Assembly (NCBI GenBank): GCA_024704765.1
Contig: JAKMXF010000310.1
Coordinates: 782,400-846,399, forward strand
Length of the DNA: 64,000 nucleotides
Reading direction: 5' to 3'
Source: Oopsacas minuta
Taxonomy: Eukaryota > Animalia > Porifera
In this document: positions 10,769 to 24,610 of the stretch, piece after piece
How positions within the stretch are numbered: position 1 is the first letter of the stretch
Layout: each line of letters starts with the position of its first letter
The notes under the pieces: model-generated
Seen by the model: only the letters and a program-made list of their open reading frames with translations
Databases searched by the model: none
Told to the model about the DNA's origin: nothing
Translations under genes and position numbers: made by a program

Positions 10769-12463
10769 TTAATTTTTCATGTTCAATATCCTATAAACGA
10801 ACACCAGTTTAGCCGCCTTCTCAATTCCAAGTCGGTTGCGAGTTTTTGACTGTATATATCCAAATGTAGAAAATATACGTTCAATTCCCGCACTTGAAGC
10901 AATTGCGGTGAGAAGTTGTTCAGCAACTTTAGTAATATCTTTCCCCAACGTTCCATGCATTGATGCCCACCAGCAAGCTGGCGTAATATTATCAACTACA
11001 TCGTCACTAAACATGTAGGATTTGAAAGGATCATATCCTGCTTTGAACTGCAAGACAGTCGCCATTGCATTTGGACAATGCTGATGAATATATTCCATTG
11101 CATCGGTAGCTTCTTTCTCAGTGAGTTTTCTTCCTCTATACCTTGGGTCTATTAAGTTCGCAGAAAAGTGTGCTGGAGAAATAGCTTGGGCAGCTCTTTC
11201 GTCTACTTTTCTTAGTACATGTGCCGGTTGCTGTGAACTTAGAAGATCCTCATAAAGTGTTTTCCATACTTCAACTGTATCGCTAATTATAGCATTTTCC
11301 CTTTGAATTCTATCTAGAGCAACTGAAATTGGTTTTAATCTAATAAAGAGATCTTCAGCGTTACGTTTGATAGAATAATTCTTAACTTTATTACCAATGT
11401 TCGAATTTATCTCATCACGATATTCCTCACAGACCTGTACAAGGATATGCCAGTTAGAAATATAGCTTTTCAAACAGTCCGTCAAAGTATTCCATCTAAT
11501 TTCATGTGGGATAACAAGAGAATTACCACCAGCTTGCTTGTATCTAGCTGCAGGTAGATGTGTATGTCTAAAATATTTGACTATCTGGACAACTTGTTCT
11601 TTTACCCCAGTAATCTGTACATCTTGTGCTAATAGGTTCAACAAATGAGCAGAGCATCCGTATGTCAATATTTCATTCGGTATCCTTTTTTGTAAATCTC
11701 TTCTCATTTTTGCCATATTGGCTGCGTTGTCAGTTACAACGTTACGTACATGACATCTAAAATTTATCTCACAGGAAATAATAGCATCTGCAGCAAGTTC
11801 TGCCAGATATTCTGATGTGTGACTATGTCCAGAGGTATCAATTGTCTCAGTAAGGAAAGTCCCTCCTTTGTCAGTTGTAACACTCACACACACGACAGGT
11901 TCATTATGTACGTTACTCCATCCATCCAGTGATAAGGAGACTGTCTTATCCTCCAGGGTTTTTCTGCATGTATCCAAGAGAGATCCTTGTACATTATTTA
12001 ATAGTTTATTCCCTATATCATGGCGATTTGGTGGTATATAACCTGGCCGTAGCATCTTTATTAGTTTCATAAACTCGGGGTGTTCAACAGCTATAAAAGG
12101 CGTGTTAGTTGCGTAAATATAACGAGCAATTTGGAGATCCAGTAATTCTGCCTCTGATTTCGAAGTCTTCATGACATATTCACCGATATGAGTAATCCTA
12201 GGTCTTTTTTCTTTAGCAAAAAGACTTGTATCAGGCACTTCTCCACATAATGCAGTTGATCTGGCTACTAAATCAATTGATTCATTTTCAGCTATTATGG
12301 GATGGTCTTGCATGCTGCATGAAGAATAATGTTGCTTAAGGCGGTTGACCACCCCCTGCATCTCCTTTTTGCAAAGTTTACACCTTGCTTTCCAGCCAGC
12401 AACTCCTTCTGTCGTATACCGTTCGAAGTGGACCCATATATCATCTTGTTTCCTACCTGCCAT
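10769..12463 (-). CDS. hAT transposase (BED zinc finger, DDE, C-terminal dimerisation domain)
   Basis: IWVHF...ARCKLC...LKQHYSSC (BED); SLDGWSN; VTDNAANM; CSAH; IRWNT; SAGIERIFS; no stops in 564 aa. Confidence 0.93.
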   Translation of the reverse strand: MAGRKQDDIWVHFERYTTEGVAGWKARCKLCKKEMQGVVNRLKQHYSSCSMQDHPIIAENESIDLVARSTALCGEVPDTSLFAKEKRPRITHIGEYVMKTSKSEAELLDLQIARYIYATNTPFIAVEHPEFMKLIKMLRPGYIPPNRHDIGNKLLNNVQGSLLDTCRKTLEDKTVSLSLDGWSNVHNEPVVCVSVTTDKGGTFLTETIDTSGHSHTSEYLAELAADAIISCEINFRCHVRNVVTDNAANMAKMRRDLQKRIPNEILTYGCSAHLLNLLAQDVQITGVKEQVVQIVKYFRHTHLPAARYKQAGGNSLVIPHEIRWNTLTDCLKSYISNWHILVQVCEEYRDEINSNIGNKVKNYSIKRNAEDLFIRLKPISVALDRIQRENAIISDTVEVWKTLYEDLLSSQQPAHVLRKVDERAAQAISPAHFSANLIDPRYRGRKLTEKEATDAMEYIHQHCPNAMATVLQFKAGYDPFKSYMFSDDVVDNITPACWWASMHGTLGKDITKVAEQLLTAIASSAGIERIFSTFGYIQSKTRNRLGIEKAAKLVFVYRILNMKN

Positions 12464-12551
12464 ATCAAGTGTTGTTAAATGCTAAGGATAGTAGTAATCT
12501 AATAGTTATAAATCTTTTGTAAGTGGTTGTTTAAATATATATATATAGACT

Positions 12552-12688
12552 CAGGGTCGCTTATTAATAACCAGCTTAATATGAACATTCGTTCATTATG
12601 AACAACCTCTCAGGTCCCGATTCTTCGGCTTACATAAGATTTGTACTCAGCCAAGTCATTATGAAGGGGTTCACAATAAGCGACCCTG
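12552..12688. mobile_element. 137-bp MITE nested in the hAT element
   Basis: Perfect 14-bp TIR CAGGGTCGCTTATT / AATAAGCGACCCTG, flanked by ACT on both sides (candidate 3-bp TSD). Confidence 0.75.
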
Positions 12689-13607
12689 ACTGTACAAATC
12701 ATTTATTTTTATTTAAATCGAACAACCCTGCCGTCAAATGAATAGATTTTCGATAGGTATAAATTTATAATAGCAAAATGGACATAATCAGCTTGATAAG
12801 ATAATAAAAACATAAAAATATTGAATTGAAAGAAGATATTTTGATAAAACTCGGATTTTTGATTTAAATCATGATTTTTATTAATAAAAATCATTGATTT
12901 AAATCAAACAACCCTGACTTGGAGTGCATGGGAGTAGTTTACCAGGGACAATCCCACTGGCACATATTACCTTTGGGGTGGCATGCCCCGTGCACGAGTT
13001 TACCATGGAGACGTTAATTATTTATTTATTAACTAGATAAACATAAAGCCAGGGGATTTATTGTCTTCTCATACTACTTAACTTACTTAGAGACTGAGGC
13101 CATTACTATTTGACATTAGCATGATGTGATTTTGTAAATATCTTCCCAACTATGTGTAGTCTGTAGTTGAATTATCTAAATGGCACCGCAAGCCATGTAT
13201 GCTAGCTATATGCTATATTGTAGGCTTTGTAGTGGATTGATGTGTATTCCTATTACGTAATTATGGGAATCATAATTTTAAAATTCCCAATTATAGCAAT
13301 GTATTATTTCTACTCAGAAGAATCCTTCTATTATTTTATTGTAACTTCAATTTCTGAGATATAAATATTTTATTTAAATTTTTAATGATTTATTATTTCA
13401 CTAGATTTCCTTATTGAAGTGCTTGACGATATATTCACTTTACAAAACTCAGAACTTTTGCGAATTTGCGAATCGAATATTTCATTTCAACCAAGATCTC
13501 TTTTCTTCGATTTTATAATAAACTTATCGAACGAATTACGAATTTCGAATTGTTTATAAGATCTCTATTGTGTATACTTCGTTCACTAATTACGTCGAAA
13601 TTTGGAA

Positions 13608-15962
13608 ATGAGTGTTTTGGAAGATCAACAATCTTTACCTAACGACAATACTCCTGAGGAGAAAGTGAAGAGAATGGTAGAACCAATAAATCTATTTGAT
13701 CACGAGGAGAGGAACAACAGTCCCTCTCTCCCTCTGCTCACCTGTGAAATAGAGTCTGTACAGTTACTTAGTGTCACGGTAGGATCTGGTGCATTCAGTG
13801 AAATCAGTCAGGTTATATGGTATGGCTCTTATTGCGCTGGAAAACGTATAAACTTGTTTCGTGTATCTCCTAGAGCTGGAAACAGTGATGAAGCATTCCT
13901 ATCATATTGTGAGAGAGCTATGACATTACGTCATCCTAATCTAGTAGAATTCTACGGTGTGTTCAGACCTCGTACAACATGCCCTATCCTTGTCACTGAG
14001 CTGATGTACTGTTCATTACGTCATCGTATAAACGCAGTAGCATATCCCACCCTTACCTTTATAGAGAAGTGTAACATAGCTTACAGTACTATATGTGCAC
14101 TCACTTACCTCCATTCTATCACTCCCCCGCTAAATCACGGTAACCTAACTCCAGATAATATCCTACTCGATCAACAGCTACGTACTAAGGTCTCTGATGC
14201 TGGATTAGCCCGTACTCTAAGTGAGAACCACTCTAACATGCTGGAGTGCTATAAACACGTAGGTATACTAGCATACATGCCTCCGGAAGTAGATACAGAC
14301 TGCTCTACGGCTACTGACGTGTTTAGCTTTGGAGTAGTATTCCTGGAAATGCTGTGTGAGATGTACCCACAGCCTGTAGCAGACCCGGTGATACCAGAAC
14401 CTGACCATCTAAACTCATCAGCTGATCGCACTCAGAACGAGATAGAGAGACGTAGAATGTATCTTAACCTTATACAAGACCGTCCTTTCTGTAGCGAGAT
14501 AATACAGCACTGTCTGTCTGACGAGCCAGAGCAGCGTCCTGTAGCTGACTTCATAGCTAACATATTCAGGAACAAAGGACACGAATGGAAGAACAATGTC
14601 CCTGGGAACAGTGCTAAAATAGAGCTACCTCACTCTTTTATCTTCCCTCCTCCTTCTGACCAGATGCGAGGTAGTGAGATAATGACTCCTACTGAGAAAC
14701 TGATGCTAGGTAACCTGCTAAACAGTCCTAGTCCTGCTGAACCCTCCAAAAGTATGTCTGTTATGTGGAGTGAGGCAAACAAGCATGGAGAGCTCACAGA
14801 TGCAAACAAAATATATTCAAATCCTCTCCCGGGACCCTCCTACTACACGCCAGCTGGTTTTGCTCCATTCCCTATGTCACAACGCGGAAATTTCGGTCCC
14901 TTCATGGGTCCTCACATCCCCATCCCATTTCCCACGGTCCCATCCTACAACTACAATCCCCGTAAGAACCGCATGCCTCTTCAACCTGTACCAGAGATAC
15001 TCTCCAACTACACCCCTGACATGGAAGCACTACGTATAGAAGCTGGGGAGATGTACATAGAACGATTGGAGAGTTCAGCACAGCTAGAACCCATCTCCAC
15101 TGACCACGTGCCTCTCCCCCAGAAGATCGACAGATGTGAAGTAATATCATGTGATAAGATTCTATTCTTATATGACCTACAGGAGGGATTCACGTATGCT
15201 TATGACACTATGGTACAGAAATGGAATGAGGTACCACAGTGTCCTCGTGTAGGTGCTGCTCCTGTATTCTACAAGAACCAGCTAGTAGTTCTTGGAGGTA
15301 AGAAGGACCCTAGCTGTACCTTCATTGGGAAGGAGTTATTCGCGTTGGAATACGACCCCTTACACAGCTCCTGGAGTCAGAAGTATGCCTCTATGCTGAG
15401 ACACAGAAGATTCGCAGTAGCATTCTCTTATCGTGAGTTTATTGTAGTGATAGGAGGTGATTCTGGACTGAATAGTGTAGAAGTATACAGTGGTACCAAG
15501 GATGTATGGTCTCGTGCTGCCAACTTCATTGAAACATCTCGTTTCGTGGATTCTGCTGTTGTTATTAATGACCACGCCTACGTGTTACTGAGCGCTCAGA
15601 CTAAACAGACTCTGAACAAATATTCAGTTGTATACTGGGCTAACTTATCTGTACTGAATGAGGGTAGTGATGATCTAGTATGGTTCCTATTGGATGACAA
15701 GATTGCTCAACCTTCATATGCACTCGCGAAATGGGACAGTTTTCTATTCGCAGTTACCTGTGTTAGACAGTCCTACTCAGAACTTCTTGTATATGATATG
15801 GAGCGTAACCGCTGGGCTTTCCTCTGTAGCCTAAAGGTCAGACACACCCTCTGCGGAACAGGAGTCCTACAGACCGGACATAACTGCGCTCAGATATTTA
15901 TCCTCGGTGGGAATAACAGGGAAGGTGTAGGTGATCTAGTCTCCGTAAAAAGTTTAATTTAA
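13608..15962 (+). CDS. TKL-type (pseudo)kinase fused to C-terminal Kelch repeats
   Basis: GSGAFS, CAGK, LRHPNLVEFYG, HGNLTPDNILL, SDAG, YMPPE, DVFSFG; Pro-rich linker; Kelch blades (LVVLGG, IVVIGG...VEVY...W, IFILGG). First ATG at 13608; the track starts at an upstream TTG. Confidence 0.85.
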   Translation: MSVLEDQQSLPNDNTPEEKVKRMVEPINLFDHEERNNSPSLPLLTCEIESVQLLSVTVGSGAFSEISQVIWYGSYCAGKRINLFRVSPRAGNSDEAFLSYCERAMTLRHPNLVEFYGVFRPRTTCPILVTELMYCSLRHRINAVAYPTLTFIEKCNIAYSTICALTYLHSITPPLNHGNLTPDNILLDQQLRTKVSDAGLARTLSENHSNMLECYKHVGILAYMPPEVDTDCSTATDVFSFGVVFLEMLCEMYPQPVADPVIPEPDHLNSSADRTQNEIERRRMYLNLIQDRPFCSEIIQHCLSDEPEQRPVADFIANIFRNKGHEWKNNVPGNSAKIELPHSFIFPPPSDQMRGSEIMTPTEKLMLGNLLNSPSPAEPSKSMSVMWSEANKHGELTDANKIYSNPLPGPSYYTPAGFAPFPMSQRGNFGPFMGPHIPIPFPTVPSYNYNPRKNRMPLQPVPEILSNYTPDMEALRIEAGEMYIERLESSAQLEPISTDHVPLPQKIDRCEVISCDKILFLYDLQEGFTYAYDTMVQKWNEVPQCPRVGAAPVFYKNQLVVLGGKKDPSCTFIGKELFALEYDPLHSSWSQKYASMLRHRRFAVAFSYREFIVVIGGDSGLNSVEVYSGTKDVWSRAANFIETSRFVDSAVVINDHAYVLLSAQTKQTLNKYSVVYWANLSVLNEGSDDLVWFLLDDKIAQPSYALAKWDSFLFAVTCVRQSYSELLVYDMERNRWAFLCSLKVRHTLCGTGVLQTGHNCAQIFILGGNNREGVGDLVSVKSLI

Positions 15963-16628
15963 TCAGTGTCTTAGACAAATCTCCTACCCTCTCTATCCTC
16001 TTTAAACTATTAACTACTTATTCACTCACGCGCCAGGCCCTAGCGTATATAATTTCGATTTATCTTTCATAATGATTTGACTATTGAGTTCAATTCCGAT
16101 TAGAATGTGTATATAAAAGCTTTATTTGAACTTTACTTGTTCTGTGTCGTATAAATTAGCTTGTTTATTAATGTGATTCATTCGTGATACAAATAATTTC
16201 TCAATTTCGTTCACGATACCAATACGGTAACAGATATTGTTCCTCTTCCAGGCATACCCGAGGGGCTATAAGATTGGTACCAAGGATAGGGAAAAGATAC
16301 AATAAAGATCTATACCTACATTAAATGCATTACTCTCTATTCAGTAACTCTAACATCAAAATAACCATATCCATGATTGAACCTATTGAAATTGAAATCC
16401 TGGGGGCCTGGCGTACACTGTACAATATCTCATATCGTTCTAAAGTAAGATAAATTTATTTGGAATGTGCTCAAAATACTTCTAATTAGGAATTGTTTAA
16501 AGACGCACTGTCATATTACTTTTGCTCGTGTTTCAGTAGGCATATTTGTGATTAATTAGTTTGATATACATCAGTTGTATTGGTGAATTTGTTTTCCTAC
16601 TGTAGTTCCGGTAGTTGATACACTAAAT

Positions 16629-16989
16629 AATCGGTTCCCAACCTAGGGCCCATGGACTCCTTGGTGCACCACCGACTACAGCAAGTGGTCCACAGGATCT
16701 ATTACAGTCTATGGGAAGGTCCACAGAATGCCTTAACATTGGTATAGGAGTCCACTCAGGGTTTCATCCAAGGTTCTCAGTGCCATACGCCTAAAAATGG
16801 ATTCTAATTCATTTCATACGTATACGCCTAGACTATACATTTTGCATTTATGAAATAGCAGCTTCTACCCCTAGAGAGAAATTTTCATACTCCCAGAGAT
16901 ATATTTGCCAAAATTTATGCGTCTGTAGGCCCGCCGCATACGCCTGGATAATACCCTGGGTCCACTGGTGAAAAAATTGGGAAACGCTG
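16629..16989. mobile_element. hAT (Charlie-like) MITE
   Basis: Degenerate termini AATCGGTTCCCAA...TTGGGAAACGCTG; near-identical 8-bp flanks CACTAAAT / CGCTAAAT. Confidence 0.6.
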
Positions 16990-19814
16990 CGCTAAATACA
17001 TATCCATAGTAGTAATACTATTATACAATAAACTTGGGATTTAACGACATCGGCTTTAGCGACAGTTTCTTTGCCCATAAATCCGCAATAGATCTTGTAC
17101 ACGCCATACTTCTTCTACAACGACCTGTTAGATAACTAAATTATTGTAGTTTATATGAAAATACAGTAAACGAATTTCTAACAAGTCCTAGAAACTCGGT
17201 TTTGAGCGGTAAGTTACGATTTTTTAATGTAAAATTGTAAATTATAAGTTAGATTGGTATTGGTAGACTGTATGTAATTGTATTTGCACTGTATTTGGAA
17301 TTATAAATACATCTTGAGAGCTTGATTTGACTAATTCTACAACCCACATCATTCCACACTTTAACAAAAGTAAGTGAATCGATGTTGATTTCCAATACCG
17401 ACTGACGATTATACAAATCAACTTTTGACCAAATCTACATATATTACAGTCATTAATTTAATGAATATAGAATACAAAACAACAGGATATGTTAATTTGA
17501 ATAACATAATATCACAAAAAAATATTTGCAGTATAAAGTTACAAACCAACTAGTACACAATATTACTACTAATGTAAAAGCTAGTAAAACTATTTACTAG
17601 ATTGATTAACCACCACTACATTTAATCATTAACCCCCGTTTGGCAAATATTTCCAAAGGATGCTAGAAATTTCGTCTTAACTGTTAGTTGAGGAGTAATC
17701 GTATGTAGATACCAATTTTCAAATCTATACCTACATGATTTATTATAGATAGATAGAGAGATCATATTTTCACAGCGTTTGGCATGTATTTTAATATGAT
17801 GATAGAAATTCATCTCAACTGTACTTCAGAGGTTGATGCCAATTTATATTGTAGTCAAATATTTAGTGGTTTTCTTGTTAGGGAAAGAATGAAATATTAG
17901 TGGATGGAGAATACATGCGTTTGGTTAACCGACATGCGGATAACTGATGTCTGGATAACTGACGTTCTACTGTATGTATTTAAAGTCACCTGGGAACATG
18001 ATGCAGAGGAAAGAGGCCATATTTACTAAATTTAAGAGGCCATATTCACCCATAGATTTCCTAATATGTTTTTTTTCATTTTGTTGATTTCTTACTTAAA
18101 TATATTGCCTAACTGATAATCCTACTGCGATTCACCTTATCTTACGGGAACCTAGTTCCCAGGATCCTAGAAATACGTATACTGCATACATATACAGTTC
18201 GCTGATTCCGAATTTCGCATTATCAAGTTTCTCATATATATATAGTTATTGTTGTTTTCATGAATATAAAGTAAACAAATACTTGAAATCTCACAATATA
18301 CGTAGAGACTTGCTCTTTCGGCTACAATGGGATAACAAAGTATGCTGAATCCGAATTTCACACATTATATTTTCTCAAATGTAAATTCTCTGTTGTATTA
18401 TGTATATGAAGTAAACAAATTGTTGAAATATTAATTTATTCATTCAATTTTGCCAATTTATACTTTTCTAAATTCGAAGCACGAAGTGCCGAGTCCCATC
18501 CGAACACAAATTGTTCGCAAGCCGCTTCGCTTGCTCGCGCTGCGCGGCTCGTTTCCAATTATAACTCAATATTCGTTATATTAATGACAAATCAGGACTA
18601 ATTTGTAGTACATGTATGAATTCCTATACCTTTATGATACATTTTGTTATATCTCTCACCAATTCCGTAAACGTAATTGTGAATATGCTCAATTGTCCTG
18701 TGGTTGTTTTTAACATTACGTAATAATTTTCAGAGATTTTATATCAATATGGTTACAAGTGTATGGAAGTTGAATATTTACTACAATTGGCTATCCTGAG
18801 TTGACAAAGCTAATGATTATCCCTTGCGACACTTTTTTTCGAATTATTAGCTGAATACTGTCGGGAAAATATGTGATTTTAAGACGTCAAAATGGTGCTA
18901 AAATTTGGTTTTTGATGCGGGAAATGGTTCAAGCGAAGTGGTAAAATTTTTGTGTTCATTTCATTACGGATGTGAAACTTCGGTCGTAATCGGTTAGTAG
19001 CTGAAAGTTTTACTGCTATTCAGTTTTTGTGATCTTTTCAAAAATGCAATATAAATATTCAAAACTCATATATTTTATTTTATTTACTATACAGTTAACA
19101 TCCGGAACGGTTTTTAAAACGCGAGGAAATTGAAATTCTTCGAGATAACGAATGTTGGAGTTAACTGGCATTCGAGTTACCGGATGTTGACTGTAAATGC
19201 TTACTAGACACATTTTTGCTCATTAATGAAAATTTAAAATTCTTATTTCATACATATTACATTCAACAGTTGTATCAACAAATTTCCAATTGTATAGCCT
19301 TAGATTTAGGAAATATATTTGTTATGCATTAACTTCGTATTCTCGAATTCACCAGTATGTTACCATAACTCAATGAAAAGTTATCTAACAATTCTAAGGT
19401 ACCAAAACCTAATTTATTGTGTACATATGGGAACTTACTAATCGTGATATTAAAAGGGCTAATTTCATGAGTTGTCCTTTTCTACTTTTTATTTCTTGAA
19501 AGTTTTGCTATCAACGATCGACCGCTTTACTGCACATCTTCAATTGAGCCTTTTTTTATTTGTTGGCCTTTCCTAAAACGAGAGTACTTCATTTTCGAGT
19601 TCTATTGTATTAATTATTGTACTCGGTTCATGCAGCTTGCTTGAAACTGAGTCGAGCTAATGACAACTTGCAAAATTCGATCTATCAACTACTTATGAAT
19701 TTGACCTAATGCAGCGTCGCCGTTTTGATTCGCAATCCATAGAATGTAAAATTGTAAATTAACGTAACAATAATCAAACAACACTCGAGAGTCGAGAACT
19801 AATAATTATATTAG

Positions 19815-21299
<1,485 letters not shown>

Positions 21300-22904
21300 T
21301 TGTATCTCAATTGTTTCATAATATTGATCACTTCTATTCCGATTTTAGTTTGATTAACAAATGTATCAGAGTATTGTGCGGTCAGTAAGGGTAGTACGTA
21401 ACGTACCTGGTAGGATAAGTTACTTGTATTGTACTTGTAGGTATATTTAAGGAAACATTCCAATACGACTATACTAAAGATAAGGCCTGATCACTACTTT
21501 GGACCAGGGATAAGAGGAAATGGATATATTTTGATGGGAAATTCTATAATCGCCGATAATAAGAAACTGGCAGAGTTGCACCGAATACATGTATTATTGA
21601 TATGTAAGAATTCACAAAAGCCACATTTTTTAAATTTTCAGATCGAAGTGACGTCATCTGTTAGCATTATTGGCAAATATATATTAAAACTGCTCGATCT
21701 TTTATAACATGTTGAACGTTAATTATTAATCTATGCTCAGAATGTTGAAATACCAGATACTCTAAGCTTCCTGCGGCGCTAACGATTTTAATATACATAT
21801 GTCTTAAACGAAAAATGGGCATAAAGGAGAGAAGGCTACTACAGTATCTTTGGCTGACTAGATATATATATAACCCCACAGGAGATTGGGAGACAAATTC
21901 CACTGGGTTCCCTAATTGGGATGGGACAATGCCTCCGACACTGGTTTTCTTCAACCAGATTGGAACATTCAATAGTGGCAACTCATAATACATACATGTT
22001 TGTATTATGTATTTATGTGTATATTTTGGATGTTCTGTGCGGTAGTCATTTATGCGATTTATTCGTGTTTATAATGTGGATACCGACATCTCATTACAGG
22101 ACATTTTGCTGCACCTCTGATGGTTATTTTTAGTGAATACCATATATAGAGATATCCGTACGTCCGTACTGCTGTAGTGCGAAAGTCTGAAATGGGTGCC
22201 TATATGTATTTTCTCATCTAGACATGCACCTGGATATTTATTTGTACGATGTCGGAAATATTCAACTCGAATTAGATGAACTTATTTTAGTATCAAGAAT
22301 TCATTTTTCAGCATTTGCTACGATTTCTATAACAGCTACACTGATATGTTATCTTTGGATACTCTTGAGAACCCTGTTATCTATACTGTTGCTAATGGAT
22401 GTGTTGATAGTACGATTCTTAGCTTTAAGTCAAAACGAGTATACTCGGAAAATATCTGTACATAGAATCTAGTATAAAAGGATCCTTACTGTATTGAGTT
22501 TTTTGAATTTCATTTGTTCACGAGCCTTTGGCTCGTCGCTTCTCGATGAACTCGGCGCATTGCGCCTCGAAATATTCAACGGACAAACAAACAATAATTG
22601 AGATTGATAATATTGATGTTGTTTACAATATTCTAACTCAGTATACTCGATTATACCAGTATAGTCGTTGAAAGTATGATTCTACCTCAATTTTGAAATT
22701 TGTTTACTTTGTATTCATAAAAACAACAATAAATTTACATATGAGAAACTTGAAAATGCGAAATTCGGGATCAGCGTACTTGATTACCCCTATATGTCTG
22801 TTGAGGGCAAGTCTCTAAGTATATTTCGAGATTTCAACTATTTGTTTACTTTATATTCATAACAACAACAATAAATTTACATATGAGAAACTTGAAACTG
22901 CGAC

Positions 22905-23095
22905 CAACCTGCTCAGCCTGCTTAACCGGTTAAACCTGCTAAACCGGTTAAGCCTGCTAAACCGGTTAAACCTGCTAAACCGGTTAAGCCTGCTAAACCG
23001 GTTAAACCTGCTAAACCGGTTAAACCTGCTAAACCGACAAAACCTGTTAAACCTGCTAAACCTGCTAAACCGGTTAAACTTGCTAAACCTGATCT
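22905..23095. repeat. 18-bp minisatellite built of 9-bp subunits (AAACCGGTT/AAACCTGCT)
   Basis: About 10 units; seven exact AACCGGTT palindromes at 22924, 22942, 22960, 22978, 22996, 23014 and 23068. Confidence 0.9.
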
Positions 23096-23206
23096 AGCAT
23101 CATCTAGAAGCCGAATTTATCAGAGAATTGACATACAAATACTTTTAAGGTCTGAGATTGTACTTCGGGTTAGAATTTTTGAATATTTCACACATTTCTA
23201 TTTAAT

Positions 23207-23437
23207 TCCAAAATCATGCTAGAGATTTCGTTTTAATTGCTAGTAAGGGGTAATCAAGTATGTAGATTCCAATTTTGATATTTTCAAATATATAGCTAAA
23301 TGATTTATCATATGATTAATCATATTTCACACCTTTTGGAATATTATTCAAAATCATGCTAGAGATTTCGTTTTAACTGCTAGTAAGGGGTAATCAAGTA
23401 TGTAGATTTCAATTTTGACATTTACAAATATATAGCT
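23207..23437. repeat. 140-bp tandem duplication of a dispersed-repeat segment
   Basis: AAAATCATGCTAGAGATTTCGTTTTAA...TATAGCTA at about 23210 and 23350; related sequence at 17650-17730. Confidence 0.8.
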
Positions 23438-24054
23438 AGATCAGCATTTCTTAGCCCGGGGTGCTAGATAAGGATTCTACTATGTGCTCTATGATGTTTT
23501 TGTTTAGATTCTAGATAATATTTCAGGCTATAAATTAGTTGTATTTAATTTATATTCCTTTCGTGATATCTAAAGTTACATTTTCTTTCTGATTGAGTTG
23601 GATTTTCAATGGAGTAATCTAGGTAAATACAATCAATTATGAATCAGTGCATTACTTGTCTTATTTCATCTTTGTTACAGAGGGGCAGTGTAATACTTGT
23701 AGTTCCATGTAAAGAGTGCTGAATTGCTAAGACTGACTACAGGGGGTGGTGAGGTATGAAAAGGTTAAGAAACGCTGTTCTAAGTAGCTCGAGCGTGCTC
23801 TCAGGGAATTCTAATACCTCATCAAAATATATCTGTCACCGTCCAAATTGTGTATCCGCCAAACTGAGTATTTGGCGCTGCAAAATTGAGTATGTTTATT
23901 CTTATATAATTTGTTACAGGCCTATAGTAGCACTTGTGCTATCACACGACAATTCTGCGCTATTTCTAATAAGTTACTATAAATATGTATTGTACTTATT
24001 ATTGTTTGTTCATTTAGGCAAATAATTGTATTTATTTGTAATTTTTCAAAATAA

Positions 24055-24610
24055 ATTTTCGAAGCAGAGCTTCAAAAGCTCCAGTTACAGTTGGTGAGGA
24101 GAGAGGAGAGAGATGGGATCATAGAGGGTTACAGAAAAGATACTTGTAATACAAACGATCGCAATTGGGGCAGGACCAATACATGCCCAGGCAAGGACTA
24201 TCAGTACATCCTCAACTATCAGGACTGCTTCAGCAAGTTTGTCATCCTCAGGACTCTCAAGCCCAAGCGAGCGGTAGAGGTAGCCGCCACACATCTTGTA
24301 CACGGATAATGGGAGGGAGTTCGTTAACAAGCATCTATTCACTGCCATGCAGAGACTCTGGACAGGTACACACCTTGTGCAGGGGAGGCTAAGACACTGA
24401 CAAGACCAGGGAAGTGTGGATCGAGCTAATGGTGATTTCAAGAAGCGATTATTCGCCCGTCTCATGGATGCGGGTAAAGAGACCAATGAGTGGGAAAGTG
24501 AGTTACAATTTGTTCAGTATAGTAAGAATAACGCATACCACTCGGTTATTAAGGCGACACCCTTCTCTGTACACTTTGAGAGAACGCCACCGGATCTCAG
24601 TGTGGATATG
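24055..24610 (+). mobile_element. Ginger/KRBA2(SCAND3)-type integrase remnant, copy A
   Basis: YQYILNYQDCFSKFVILRTLKPKRAVEVA; HILYTDNGREF; QGSVDRANGDFKKRL; WESELQFVQYSKNNAYHS across frameshifts. Confidence 0.75.

Larger units (their letters stand above)
10523..12916 (-). mobile_element. Full-length hAT DNA transposon
   Basis: CAGGGTTG...CAACCCTG termini, perfect 8-bp TSD ACTTGGAG (10515-10522 and 12917-12924), subterminal GATTTAAATC/AAAATC repeats at both ends, intact transposase ORF. Confidence 0.95.

Noticed and set aside
21667-22472. ORFs 21667-21993, 21921-22133 and 22224-22472 as genes or a transposase
   Set aside because: No recognisable motifs in any frame; probably decayed repeat sequence.
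22905-23095. Histone H1-like KPVKPA coding region
   Set aside because: No start codon or evident splice acceptor, a stop just upstream in that frame, and the sequence abuts a dispersed repeat.
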